Shown: positions 8,997 through 18,887, counted from the stretch's first letter. The stretch: 64,000 bases of DNA from Bacteroidales bacterium (GCA_013314715.1 JABUFC010000004.1:6777-70776), one strand, 5' to 3'. Program-made: numbers and translations. The notes: generated from the sequence alone by a model not told the origin.

Positions 8997-9013
8997 TGCA
9001 AATATATTAGATT

Positions 9014-11479
9014 ATGATACGATATATTCTTTTGGTTTTCTTAACTTTAATGATAAGTGATGCTATAGCTCAAGAAGTATCATTAGAACAATTAGAAGAA
9101 CGCGACAATAATACTTACTATTTAAAACAGACGGGTGAGCCTTATACAGGGCAATGTATTGGAAGATGGCCTAATGGCAAAAAGAAATATGAGGGAAATT
9201 TTAAAAAAGGATTAAAAGATAAAGTTTGGCGTGAATTCGACGAAGACGAATTAAAAATATTTGAGGGGAATTATAAAGATGGAACATTAAATGGAATAGG
9301 TACTTTTTATTATCCTTATGGACAAATTAAAGAGCAAGGACAATATAAAAACGATCGTAGGGTAGGCAAGTGGATAGAATGGGATCAATTTGGAAAAAAT
9401 AGTAAAGAGGTTATTTATCAAACTCAAAATGAGTGGTATTCTAAAACACAAATTAAAAGTGAATATACACTCAAAAATGGGAAAAAACACGATAAATATA
9501 TTGAGTATTTTGAAGATGGTAAGCCTAAGTTAATTATTAACTATGCAGATGGTAAGAAAAACGGACAAGAAATTTCCTTTTATTCAAATGGATACAAACA
9601 ATACATAAAGACTTATGCTAATGATACTCTTCATGGTTACTATGCCGAATTTTTTGAAAATGGTAAAGCAAAATTGAAGGGCAATATGAATAAGGGTTAT
9701 AAAGAAGGTAAATGGATTACATACGATGAACAAGGGAATGTTCTTGCCGAAGATGAATATAAAACAACAATAAAATATTTTCCTAATGGAGATAAAGCAG
9801 AAATAGCTACTTATAAAAATAATAAAAAAGAAGCTGAGTGGCTATGGTGGTTCGAAAACGGACAGCTTAAGTATAAAGAAAATTACAAAAATGGAGTAGC
9901 GGATGGATTATGGGCAGCGTGGTACGAGAATGGAGAGAAAAAATTTGAAGGCGAAATGAAAAATGGAAAAAAGCATGGTAAATGGTTAGAATATTATTCA
10001 AATGGTAAAGTAATGTCCGAAGAGGTATATACAGATGGCGTTTTGAATGGACCCAAAATACTATACCATAAAAATGGACAGAAAAAACTCGAAGTTACTT
10101 ACGAAAATGGTAAAAAAATTGGAACACAAATCGAATATCATGAAAATGGAGTTAAATCATTTGAAGGTGTTTGTAAAGACGGAAAATTAAATGGAGCCGC
10201 TGTTTATTACCATGATAATGGTAAAAAGGCTCAAGAAGGTAACTTTGTAAACGATCGTCGTGAAGGCATATGGAAAAGCTGGGATAAAAATGGTCAATCC
10301 TCTGCCGATTTGATTTTTAAGACCGTTAAAGAAACTTATAACAATGGTAAACCTAAGCTTGAAGGAACTACATGCAACGATAAAAAAGATGGTTTGTGGA
10401 TGTGGTGGTACGAAACGGGACAGCCCAAAGCAATGGAAACATATGTTATGGGTAAACTTCATGGCGAAAGCAAATCATGGTACGAAGATGGTCGCGAAGC
10501 CTTTATTGGCAATTATGTTAATGGAAAGAAAGATGGACTCATACAGGCTTGGTACCAAAATCGTCAGCCCCTGTTAATCGAAACTTGGGAAAAAGGTGTT
10601 CAAGTTGGAGAATATAAAGAATGGTACGAAAATGGGCAAATAAAAACAGAAGGGAATTTTATTGATGGATTAAAAGATGGTGTTTTCAGAACCTATTATG
10701 AAAATGGTCAAAAAGCATCGGAAGTAACTTACAATAAAGATAAAGAAGACGGAAATTATACAGAATGGTTTAAAAATGGACAAAAGAAAGTTGAAGGAAC
10801 ATCAAAATTAGGGAAGCGTCAAGGAACATGGACCGAGTGGTTCGATAATCAACAAAAAAAATCAGAAGGAGTCTATTTAAATGGTCAGAAAGAAGGTAAA
10901 TGGCAATATTTTTTCGAGGACGGAAAAACTCAATGCGAAGAAAATTATAAAGATGGAAAACTTACCGGGAAACGTGTTACTTATTATGCTAATGGCAAAA
11001 AAGAAAGCGAAGAATATTATTCCATGGGGCTAAAAAATGGACAATGTTTAACATGGTACGAAAATGGTAATCGTAAGTCTGTTGAAACATGGCTCAATGG
11101 AAAATTAAACGGACAAGCATCTTATTATTACGAATCGGGTAAAGATAAAATGACCGGAACGTTTAAAGATGACAAACAAGAAGGACGTTGGATAGAATAT
11201 CATGAATCAACAGGTAAAAAAGCTTCAGAAGGGAGTTATTTAAAAGGTATGAAAAATGGTTTATGGGTAGAATATTATTCTTCGGGCGCTAAAGCTTGTG
11301 AAGGGCAATATAAAAACGATAAACGACAAGGCATGTGGACTTGTTTTTACGAAAATGGAACTAAGCAAATTGAGGGAGCATATAATCAAGATTTGAAAGA
11401 AGGTGCCTGGATTGAATTTGATGAGGGTGGCAATAAAACCAATCAATATATTTTTAAAGCAGGAAATGTGGTGAAATAA
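9014..11479 (+). CDS. secreted MORN-variant (YwqK-like) repeat protein
   Basis: 821 aa with signal peptide MIRYILLVFLTLMISDAIAQ. The rest is about 30+ tandem 23-aa units of the form G.W..(W/Y)YENGQ.K.EG.Y.NGKK.G. Confidence 0.75.
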   Translation: MIRYILLVFLTLMISDAIAQEVSLEQLEERDNNTYYLKQTGEPYTGQCIGRWPNGKKKYEGNFKKGLKDKVWREFDEDELKIFEGNYKDGTLNGIGTFYYPYGQIKEQGQYKNDRRVGKWIEWDQFGKNSKEVIYQTQNEWYSKTQIKSEYTLKNGKKHDKYIEYFEDGKPKLIINYADGKKNGQEISFYSNGYKQYIKTYANDTLHGYYAEFFENGKAKLKGNMNKGYKEGKWITYDEQGNVLAEDEYKTTIKYFPNGDKAEIATYKNNKKEAEWLWWFENGQLKYKENYKNGVADGLWAAWYENGEKKFEGEMKNGKKHGKWLEYYSNGKVMSEEVYTDGVLNGPKILYHKNGQKKLEVTYENGKKIGTQIEYHENGVKSFEGVCKDGKLNGAAVYYHDNGKKAQEGNFVNDRREGIWKSWDKNGQSSADLIFKTVKETYNNGKPKLEGTTCNDKKDGLWMWWYETGQPKAMETYVMGKLHGESKSWYEDGREAFIGNYVNGKKDGLIQAWYQNRQPLLIETWEKGVQVGEYKEWYENGQIKTEGNFIDGLKDGVFRTYYENGQKASEVTYNKDKEDGNYTEWFKNGQKKVEGTSKLGKRQGTWTEWFDNQQKKSEGVYLNGQKEGKWQYFFEDGKTQCEENYKDGKLTGKRVTYYANGKKESEEYYSMGLKNGQCLTWYENGNRKSVETWLNGKLNGQASYYYESGKDKMTGTFKDDKQEGRWIEYHESTGKKASEGSYLKGMKNGLWVEYYSSGAKACEGQYKNDKRQGMWTCFYENGTKQIEGAYNQDLKEGAWIEFDEGGNKTNQYIFKAGNVVK

Positions 11480-11518
11480 TTTTCAATTTTCAAATAAACA
11501 CTTTATTAACTTAATGCT

Positions 11519-11526
11519 TACCTTTG
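11519..11526 (+). promoter_or_regulatory. -7 box TACCTTTG
   Basis: Matches TAnnTTTG(C) 24 nt upstream of the ATG at 11550. Confidence 0.45.
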
Positions 11527-11549
11527 CAAAAAATTAAATTCTTAGTATC

Positions 11550-12803
11550 ATGGATATTTTTGAAAAAATTAAAAAACAAAAAGGTCCTTTAGGACAATAT
11601 CAATCCATTGCACATGGGTATTTTGCATTTCCAAAGCTCGAAGGCGAAATAGCACCTCGTATGATGTTTAGAGGTAAAGAAGTCCTTACATGGAGCTTGA
11701 ATAATTATTTAGGATTAGCCAATCATCCCGAAGTTCGAAAAGCTGATGCCGAAGGAGCTCAAAAATACGGCTTGGCTTATCCGATGGGGGCACGTATGAT
11801 GTCGGGACATACTTCACTACACGAGGAATTAGAGCAAAAACTTGCTGCATTTGAAAAGAAAGAAGATGCATACTTGCTCAATTATGGTTACCAAGGTATG
11901 GTTAGCATTATCGATGCATTAGTAAATCGCAACGATGTTATTGTTTACGATAGCGAAGCACATGCATGTATTCTTGATGGATTGCGACTTCATATGGGAA
12001 AACGTTTTGTTTATCCTCACAACAATATCGAAAAACTAAAAGTGCAGTTAAAACATGCTCAAGCTATAGTTGAAAAAACAGGTGGTGGAATTTTAGTTAT
12101 AACCGAAGGGGTATATGGAATGGCTGGGGATCTTGGAAAGTTAGATGAAATAGTGAAGCTAAAAAAAGAGTTTAACTTTAGATTTATGATTGATGATGCT
12201 CATGGCTTTGGAACCATGGGAAATACCGGTGCCGGCACATCTGAACATTTTGGTGTCATGGATGAAGTAGATATTTATTTTGCTACATTTGCTAAGGCGA
12301 TGGCTGGTATTGGTGGATTTGTCGCTTCAACCCAAGAAGTTATTGACTATTTGCGTTACAACTTACGTTCGCAAATCTTTGCAAAATCTTTACCCATGCC
12401 TATGGTATATGGTGCACTTAAACGTCTTGAATTATTACAGACTCAACCTCAACTTCGAGAGAAACTTTGGACAATTGTAAAAGCATTACAAAATGGGTTA
12501 AAAGAAAAAGGATTTAATATAGGAAATACTCAATCGCCTGTTACACCTGTTTTCTTGCAAGGTGGCGTAGTTGAGGCAACCAATATTGTTTTTGAATTAA
12601 GAGAAGTATATAATATTTTCTGTTCTATTGTTGTTTATCCTGTAGTACCTAAAGATGTTATAATGTTGCGTATTATTCCTACAGCTGTTCATACCTTAGA
12701 CGATGTTAAATATACAATCGATGCATTTAGTGAAATTCAGGAAAATTTAAAAGCAGGGAAATACAAAAAAGAAAATGTTCCATTTTTTTCTATAAATAAT
12801 TAA
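11550..12803 (+). CDS. PLP-dependent alpha-oxoamine synthase family acyltransferase (Kbl / serine palmitoyltransferase / BioF-like)
   Basis: 417 aa with NYLGLANHPEV, DDAHGFG and the PLP-lysine context ATFAKAMAG. Substrate (glycine, serine, cysteate or alanine) cannot be assigned by eye. Confidence 0.85.
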   Translation: MDIFEKIKKQKGPLGQYQSIAHGYFAFPKLEGEIAPRMMFRGKEVLTWSLNNYLGLANHPEVRKADAEGAQKYGLAYPMGARMMSGHTSLHEELEQKLAAFEKKEDAYLLNYGYQGMVSIIDALVNRNDVIVYDSEAHACILDGLRLHMGKRFVYPHNNIEKLKVQLKHAQAIVEKTGGGILVITEGVYGMAGDLGKLDEIVKLKKEFNFRFMIDDAHGFGTMGNTGAGTSEHFGVMDEVDIYFATFAKAMAGIGGFVASTQEVIDYLRYNLRSQIFAKSLPMPMVYGALKRLELLQTQPQLREKLWTIVKALQNGLKEKGFNIGNTQSPVTPVFLQGGVVEATNIVFELREVYNIFCSIVVYPVVPKDVIMLRIIPTAVHTLDDVKYTIDAFSEIQENLKAGKYKKENVPFFSINN

Positions 12804-12806
12804 ATG

Positions 12807-12844
12807 AAAAAAGGGCTATTTAATCTTCAAAATAGCCCTTTTAT
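12807..12844. terminator. bidirectional rho-independent terminator between convergent genes
   Basis: Perfect 10-bp stem AAGGGCTATT / AATAGCCCTT (12811-12820 and 12831-12840) with a 10-nt loop. It is flanked by an A-run upstream and TT downstream. Confidence 0.6.
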
Positions 12845-12867
12845 ATTATATAAATGAGTATTTGAGC

Positions 12868-14046
12868 CTATTCAACTTTAAGCACAAAACCTTTTAGGTA
12901 TTCACCTTCAGGGTGAAAAATGCTAATAGGATGATCGGCCGGTTGATGTAATTGATATAAAATAGAAACATTGCGTTTTTCATTGGCTGCGGCAACAAAA
13001 ATTGCCTGACGCAAATCATTAGCCGATATAGCTTGCGAACAACTAAAAGTAAAAAGAAAGCCGCCTTTAGACAAGAGTTTTAATCCTTTAATATTAAGAT
13101 TTTTATATGCCAATAAGGCTTTTTCACGATGTTTATGATGCTTAGCAAATGCAGGAGGATCGAGAATTACAATATCGTAATGCTCTTGGCAAGCTTTAAA
13201 GAAATCGTTTACATCGGAGCAAATGTTTTTTATTTGAGTGAACTTGTTGAGTTGATAATTATTTGTTGCCATTTCTAAGGCTTTAGCTGAACTATCTACA
13301 TTTATTACTTCGGACGCTCCGTAATGGGCAGCATATATGGCAAAGCCACCGGTGTAGCCAAATAAGTTTGCTACTTTTTTATTTTTGCTTAATGAGCCTA
13401 ATAGCATTCTGTTTTCGCGTTGATCAATAAAAAAGCCTGTTTTTTGTCCTTCAATAAAATCAATGTTAAAACGTAAATTGTTTTCAATAATTTCGATTGG
13501 AGTAGAATGTTCGCCCCACAAAAAACCATCGGCTTCTTTATTATTAAATAAAGGAGGTAATGTTAAAAAACTTTTATTGTATATGGCTTTTATTTCTGGA
13601 AAAACATTTTTTATAGCTTGTGCAATAGCATTTCGTTGTAAATACATACCGGCACTATGGCATTGTATTACTACGATACCATTATAATAATCGGCAATTA
13701 ATCCTGGTAGCTCATCGCCTTCGCCGTGAATTAGCCTAAAAACATTGGTAGAAGGATTATCGATGAGTCCTAAATTTTTTCTTTTAATATAGGCAGTCTC
13801 GATTTTTTTATTCCAAAATGCTTGATTAATAGGCTCGTTATTAAAACTAAGTATTCTTACAGCAATAGAATCGGGTTGGTAATGTCCAATTCCTAAGAAA
13901 TTACGATGATAGTCGAGAACTTCAACTAAATCGCCTTCATAAATATGGAAAGGTAATTGATCGATTGCACCTGAAAAAACCCAAGGATGCCTCCTTTTGA
14001 GTGATTGTTCTTTACTTTTTTTGAGTATTATCTGAGGGTAGTTCAT
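12868..14046 (-). CDS. rlmI: class I SAM-dependent rRNA (cytosine-C5) methyltransferase, RlmI-like
   Basis: 392 aa. PUA-like N-terminus (LKRRHPWVFSGAI), SAM-binding FGYTGGFAIYAA, and catalytic region ILDPPAFAK. Confidence 0.75.
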   Translation of the reverse strand: MNYPQIILKKSKEQSLKRRHPWVFSGAIDQLPFHIYEGDLVEVLDYHRNFLGIGHYQPDSIAVRILSFNNEPINQAFWNKKIETAYIKRKNLGLIDNPSTNVFRLIHGEGDELPGLIADYYNGIVVIQCHSAGMYLQRNAIAQAIKNVFPEIKAIYNKSFLTLPPLFNNKEADGFLWGEHSTPIEIIENNLRFNIDFIEGQKTGFFIDQRENRMLLGSLSKNKKVANLFGYTGGFAIYAAHYGASEVINVDSSAKALEMATNNYQLNKFTQIKNICSDVNDFFKACQEHYDIVILDPPAFAKHHKHREKALLAYKNLNIKGLKLLSKGGFLFTFSCSQAISANDLRQAIFVAAANEKRNVSILYQLHQPADHPISIFHPEGEYLKGFVLKVE

Positions 14047-14590
14047 ACAGCAGTTTTTGGTAAATTAATAATGCAGCATAAGCGTCGGTTGCAGCATAGC
14101 GAATTTGTGCTTCGGTAAGCTCTTTCGATTCCCAGTTAGATAATTGTTGACGTTTACTTATTTTTTTATTAAATAGTTTTTCGCTAAGCTTCCGTAAGCT
14201 CAAAACATCTATCCCTTTGCTTTTAGCTATGGTTTGAATATCGATAAAACCTTTAGCAGAAAATTTTTTAAGTTTTTGAAGTTGTTGAATATCTTGAGAA
14301 CAACCAACCCCAACTTTTAATATATTGGGATTTTCAAAAATTGGAATAAGGTCGTTTGGTATTTGATGTTTTATAAGGCGAAATAAAATTGCGGTGTCGT
14401 TTGTGGCAAATTGAATAAGAGTAGTTTTATTGCTAACTCCCTTTTTAAAAGAGGGACGTGTTTCGGTATCAAAACCAACAAGAGTTTGTTTTTTAAGAAA
14501 GTTGATGGCTTCATCGAAATGAGGATTTTCTTCACTAACAATAATGATCTTACCATTAAAAATTAAATAATCTTCCGTTGGCGATTGCAT
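14012..14590 (-). CDS. 3'-5' exonuclease domain protein (RNase D / WRN-exo like)
   Basis: 192 aa with LVGFDTETRP (ExoI DxE) and YAATDAYA (ExoIII) motifs. Confidence 0.7.
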   Translation of the reverse strand: MQSPTEDYLIFNGKIIIVSEENPHFDEAINFLKKQTLVGFDTETRPSFKKGVSNKTTLIQFATNDTAILFRLIKHQIPNDLIPIFENPNILKVGVGCSQDIQQLQKLKKFSAKGFIDIQTIAKSKGIDVLSLRKLSEKLFNKKISKRQQLSNWESKELTEAQIRYAATDAYAALLIYQKLLYELPSDNTQKK

Positions 14591-14594
14591 AGTA

Positions 14595-15200
14595 TTATTT
14601 TGTTGAAGAATTTTTCCTACGTTGGTTTATAATCCACTGCGATGTATCGATTTCATCTATGCTTTGATGTTTTTTTGCTTTTAGTTCATGCCACCATTCT
14701 CCTTTTAAGTAAAGTAATGAATGAAGAATTTGCATAGCGGTAATGAGGCGTTGCCCCCAAAATAGTTCAAAATTTTGCTTACAAATATATAGTGCCGATT
14801 CCATAATATTTTCGTCGGAGCTTTGATAGTTATTAAGAACGTTTTTAAGGTCTTGATATATGTCTGTGATAATTTCAGAGAGCGGAGCTGTGTTTTTTTC
14901 GTAATTTGTTTGGTTGACTTCGAAAATTTCACCCTCTAAGTCCATTTCTCCAAATTTTTCTTGAAAAGAATGGGCGATAAGATTATAAATGTCTTCGCTA
15001 ACAGCTTCTTCAAGAAAGTTATCTTGTAACTCAAAGGTTGGTAATAAGCTTGCTTTTAAATAGATGAGTGGGAATAGACGGTGTAAAATGGTTGTTGTTT
15101 TTAATGGATCGTAAGGCGAATGGTCTTCACAAAAAGCAACGAATTCTTTGCAAACAGTAATAAATTCGATAGTGTTTTTATGGAAGACATGTGAGTTCAT
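14595..15200 (-). CDS. hypothetical cytoplasmic protein (DUF5063-like, conserved next to the exonuclease)
   Basis: 201-aa acidic ORF with no recognisable catalytic motif. The coding call rests on length and tight packing. Confidence 0.5.
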   Translation of the reverse strand: MNSHVFHKNTIEFITVCKEFVAFCEDHSPYDPLKTTTILHRLFPLIYLKASLLPTFELQDNFLEEAVSEDIYNLIAHSFQEKFGEMDLEGEIFEVNQTNYEKNTAPLSEIITDIYQDLKNVLNNYQSSDENIMESALYICKQNFELFWGQRLITAMQILHSLLYLKGEWWHELKAKKHQSIDEIDTSQWIINQRRKNSSTK

Positions 15201-15203
15201 AGT

Positions 15204-15590
15204 TTATCTTTTTACAGCAATGGCTTCAATTTCGACCATTGCGCCCATAGGTAAACGAACAACGCCGTAAGCAGCACGTGCAGGAGCTTCGCTATCAAAA
15301 AACTTTGCATACACTTCGTTCATAAGTTTAAAATTATCAAGGTCGTCTAGTAAAACCGTACATTTAACCACATCCTTATAGGAACATCCAGCTGCTTTAA
15401 GTATTTCGCCTAAATTTTTAAGTGCTTGCTCGGTTTGTTTTTCTATACCTTCTACCAACATTCCGGTTTGTGGATTTAAACCCAATTGACCTGAAATAAA
15501 AATAAAACCATTGGCTTCTACTGCTTGGCTATAAGGACCAATTGCTTTGGGAGCGTTTTCGCTAAAAATTATATTCTTCATATCTTTCAT
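15204..15590 (-). CDS. ridA: RidA/YjgF family enamine/imine deaminase
   Basis: 128 aa. AIGPYSQAV...FISGQLGL......RAAY.V..LP.GA.VEIEAIA is the canonical family pattern. Confidence 0.85.
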   Translation of the reverse strand: MKDMKNIIFSENAPKAIGPYSQAVEANGFIFISGQLGLNPQTGMLVEGIEKQTEQALKNLGEILKAAGCSYKDVVKCTVLLDDLDNFKLMNEVYAKFFDSEAPARAAYGVVRLPMGAMVEIEAIAVKR

Positions 15591-15635
15591 ATTTTTTCGA
15601 CAAAGATAGGTATTTTTGTGCTACAAAGTTGAATT

Positions 15636-16232
15636 ATGTTTGCTGAAATTAACATCTTGATAATAGACAATTTTGACTCGTTTACCTATAATTTGGTTCA
15701 TTATTTTGAACCATTAGTAAATAAGGTAAATATAAAACGAACCGATGTGGTGTCTTTATTAGATGTTGAAAATGCTGATGCTATTGTTATTTCGCCAGGT
15801 CCAGGATTGCCTTCTGATTATCCTATATTAAAAGAAATTATTTTAAATTATGCAGCACAGAAACCTATATTTGGCGTTTGTTTGGGGCAACAGGTTATAG
15901 CGGAGGCATTGGGCGGAAAGCTTTTTAATTTGAAAGAAGTTTGGCATGGCATTGCTCGTGAAACCATTGTTGTTCAAGACGATATTTTGTTTTATGATAT
16001 ACCAAAACAGTTTAAATCTGCTCGATATCATTCTTGGGTCGTTGATGAACAAATGTTGCCCGACGAATTACTTATTACTTCGCGCGATGTTGATGGGTTT
16101 ATTATGTCGTTGTCACACAAAGTGTATCCACTAAAATCGGTTCAATTTCATCCGGAATCAGTTTTAACTCCATATGGAAAAAAAATTATTAAGAATTGGG
16201 TAACATGGTTAAAAGAAATAAAGATTCGTTGA
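15636..16232 (+). CDS. anthranilate/aminodeoxychorismate synthase glutamine amidotransferase component II
   Basis: 198 aa with ILIIDNFDSFTYNLV, catalytic GVCLGQQ, and FHPES. PabA and TrpG cannot be resolved. Confidence 0.85.
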   Translation: MFAEINILIIDNFDSFTYNLVHYFEPLVNKVNIKRTDVVSLLDVENADAIVISPGPGLPSDYPILKEIILNYAAQKPIFGVCLGQQVIAEALGGKLFNLKEVWHGIARETIVVQDDILFYDIPKQFKSARYHSWVVDEQMLPDELLITSRDVDGFIMSLSHKVYPLKSVQFHPESVLTPYGKKIIKNWVTWLKEIKIR

Positions 16233-16288
16233 TGTAGAAGTCGGTATATTAAAGAAAAACTATTTACTTTGTGATATAAAAAAATGAG

Positions 16289-18325
16289 GTGAATCTCCAT
16301 TCAAAAAATGCAATAGTTTTATTAATAGTAGCTGTTGGGGCGATTTTTGCTCAAACGCTTAGATTTGGTTTTACCAATTGGGACGATCCAGATTATGTAA
16401 CTCGTAATGAATTAATACGATCATTTGATTTTCATTTTATTCAGACCATATTTACTACACCCATGCATGGGCACTATCATCCATTTACTTGGTTATCGCT
16501 TGCATTCGATTATCAGTTGTTTCAACTCAATGCATGGGGGTATCATTTGCACAATCTAATTTTACATCTCATCAATGTAATTTTAGTGTTTTTATTAACC
16601 AAACATTGGTCGTCGAATGTTAAAATAGCTTTTTTTACCGCCCTGTTATTTGGTATTCATCCTTTTGTAAATGAATCTGTGTCGTGGATTACTGAAAGAA
16701 AAAATTTATTGTTTGTTTTGTATTATTTAGGATCATTGATTTATTATGTAAAGTATCTCGAAAATCGTAAATGGACCTATTGGGGGCTAAGCTTTTTAAT
16801 TTTCATATTTTCTTTGTTGTCAAAGGGGTCGGCAATTACTTTGCCATTGATTTTATTAGTCATGTTATATGTAAAAGATAAGTTCAATAAAATTGAATTT
16901 ATGCGATGGTTGCCTTTTGGTATTTTAGCCGTTGTTTTCGCTGTTGTGGCTATAAAAGCTCAACAATTAATTATACCCAATGAGTCATTTATACCATTTC
17001 ATATATCATTAGCTTATTCTTCATGGGCATTTTTTAATTATATTTTAAAGGCATTTATCCCTTTTCAGATGTCAACTTTTCATCCCATTGTTTTAAAAGC
17101 AATCCCTATTTATTACTATTTAGGTTTTATATTTTTCTTTTTGTGTATTTATGGGCTTTATCGATTTTATCGATTGAAAAAGAAATTCATGTTTTTAGGT
17201 CTATTTTTCTTTATTATCCAGTTAATCATGTTTCTTAAAGTATTTAATGCATATGCGAGCTCATATTTTATGGCCGAGCGATATACTTATTTAGCATATG
17301 TAGGGTTATATTTTGCTTTTTTTACATGGTTTTTTAGTTTTTCATCTAAATATAAAATTAAAAATTGGTATTTAGTTATATGGATTTTGTTTTTGTCTTT
17401 TTCTTCGTATTCTTATGCTAAAGCTTGGAACAATAGTGAATCGTTGTGGCAAAAAGTATTAAATGTATATCCCAATAGCGATGTAGCAAAACTCAATTAT
17501 GGGAATGCTCTTCGTCAAAACGGAAAATATCAACAAGCCATTTCGATCTATAATAAAGTTTTACCGGAAAGCAGTTTATACTCGAAAATGTTGGAAAACA
17601 GGGCTTTTGTTTATTATCAATTAAAACAATATGGAAATGCTATAAACGATTATTCAATATTGCTTCAATTAAATCCTCATCGCAAAGAAATTAAGCAAAC
17701 AATTGCTACTATTTTATTGCAAAATGGTAATATTCAGGTGGCATATAATCAATTGCTATACCTTATAAAAGAAGATTCAACCTTATGTGATGCTTGGAAT
17801 CTATTAGGAAATATCTATACTAGCCGCTCCCATTTAGATTCTGCAATATTGGCATATGATAAAGCATTGAAGTGTGGCGAAAAACCTTTATATTATTATA
17901 ACAGAGCAACCATGTATTCAATGAATAATCGATTAAATGAAGCATTAAACGATTTTAACAAAGCCATATTATTGGATAGTATGGTCTCCGATTACTATTC
18001 GAATCGCGGAATAACTTATTTTAAAGCAAAGAATTATAAAGCTGCTATAAAAGATTTTAAACATGCCATTTTATTAAATGAAAATAATATTGACTACCAT
18101 TTAAATCTTTGTAATGTTTATGTTGCTATTGAAGATTGGCAGCATGCTTTAATTGTTTTAAACAGAGTAATAGAATTATCGCCAAACGATGGCGAAATAT
18201 TGGCTCGTAGGAGTTTTGTATACGAAAAGCTTGGTTTTAATGAAAAAGCCTGCAACGATATAAAAAAAGCCATTCATTTAGGAAAAACTCAATATGAATC
18301 ATGGGCTCAAAAAATTTGTAAATAA
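16289..18325 (+). CDS. polytopic membrane GT-C/TMTC-like domain fused to C-terminal TPR repeats
   Basis: 678 aa with a GTG start. The N-terminal half is about 10 hydrophobic helices with a FTNWDDPDYVTRN loop (DD motif as in PMT/TMTC-type glycosyltransferases). The C-terminal ~280 aa are 34-aa TPR units (A...Y..AL.L.P). Confidence 0.55.
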   Translation: MNLHSKNAIVLLIVAVGAIFAQTLRFGFTNWDDPDYVTRNELIRSFDFHFIQTIFTTPMHGHYHPFTWLSLAFDYQLFQLNAWGYHLHNLILHLINVILVFLLTKHWSSNVKIAFFTALLFGIHPFVNESVSWITERKNLLFVLYYLGSLIYYVKYLENRKWTYWGLSFLIFIFSLLSKGSAITLPLILLVMLYVKDKFNKIEFMRWLPFGILAVVFAVVAIKAQQLIIPNESFIPFHISLAYSSWAFFNYILKAFIPFQMSTFHPIVLKAIPIYYYLGFIFFFLCIYGLYRFYRLKKKFMFLGLFFFIIQLIMFLKVFNAYASSYFMAERYTYLAYVGLYFAFFTWFFSFSSKYKIKNWYLVIWILFLSFSSYSYAKAWNNSESLWQKVLNVYPNSDVAKLNYGNALRQNGKYQQAISIYNKVLPESSLYSKMLENRAFVYYQLKQYGNAINDYSILLQLNPHRKEIKQTIATILLQNGNIQVAYNQLLYLIKEDSTLCDAWNLLGNIYTSRSHLDSAILAYDKALKCGEKPLYYYNRATMYSMNNRLNEALNDFNKAILLDSMVSDYYSNRGITYFKAKNYKAAIKDFKHAILLNENNIDYHLNLCNVYVAIEDWQHALIVLNRVIELSPNDGEILARRSFVYEKLGFNEKACNDIKKAIHLGKTQYESWAQKICK

Positions 18326-18439
18326 AATTCCTTTTCAAATAAAGTTTTTGTGTCGATAGCAAGAACTTTATTATTTTTCAGAACGTTTCATTTCATTGAT
18401 ATTGAAAATATATTAACTTGCAATCAAAATCAAAAGACT

Positions 18440-18886
18440 ATGCGTGTAAAAAAGTTAGCAGAAAATAAGACACTTACTTTTTATTCGTCCGATATTCATA
18501 CAACTCTCGAAGTTCCTATGATTGAAACAATTAAAGCAGGATTTCCTTCGCCAGCCGATGATTTTATAGAAGTACCACTCGATCTAAATAAAGCTTTGAT
18601 TAAAAATCCATCTGCTACTTTTTTTGCAAGAGTGTCGGGCAATTCTATGGAAGATGCAAATATTTCTGATGGAGATTTACTCATTATAGATAGAAGTATT
18701 ATTCCACAAGATGGTAAAATTGCCGTTTGTTTTATAGATGGAGAATTTACGGTAAAGCGATTACAATTTAAAGGTGATGAATGTTTTCTTCTACCGGCAA
18801 ATGAAAAATATAAACCTATTAAGGTAAGCAAAGAAAATGAATTTATTATTTGGGGTATTGTAACACATGTTATTAAAGCGATGTAA
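18440..18886 (+). CDS. umuD: S24 peptidase, UmuD-like translesion polymerase accessory subunit
   Basis: [11 protein letters not shown], Ser nucleophile in [21 protein letters not shown], Lys in FTVKRL, and C-terminal VTHVIKAM as in E. coli UmuD. The track start (GTG 18350) was trimmed to the ATG at 18440. Confidence 0.75.
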   Translation: MRVKKLAENKTLTFYSSDIHTTLEVPMIETIKAGFPSPADDFIEVPLDLNKALIKNPSATFFARVSGNSMEDANISDGDLLIIDRSIIPQDGKIAVCFIDGEFTVKRLQFKGDECFLLPANEKYKPIKVSKENEFIIWGIVTHVIKAM

Positions 18887-18887
18887 C

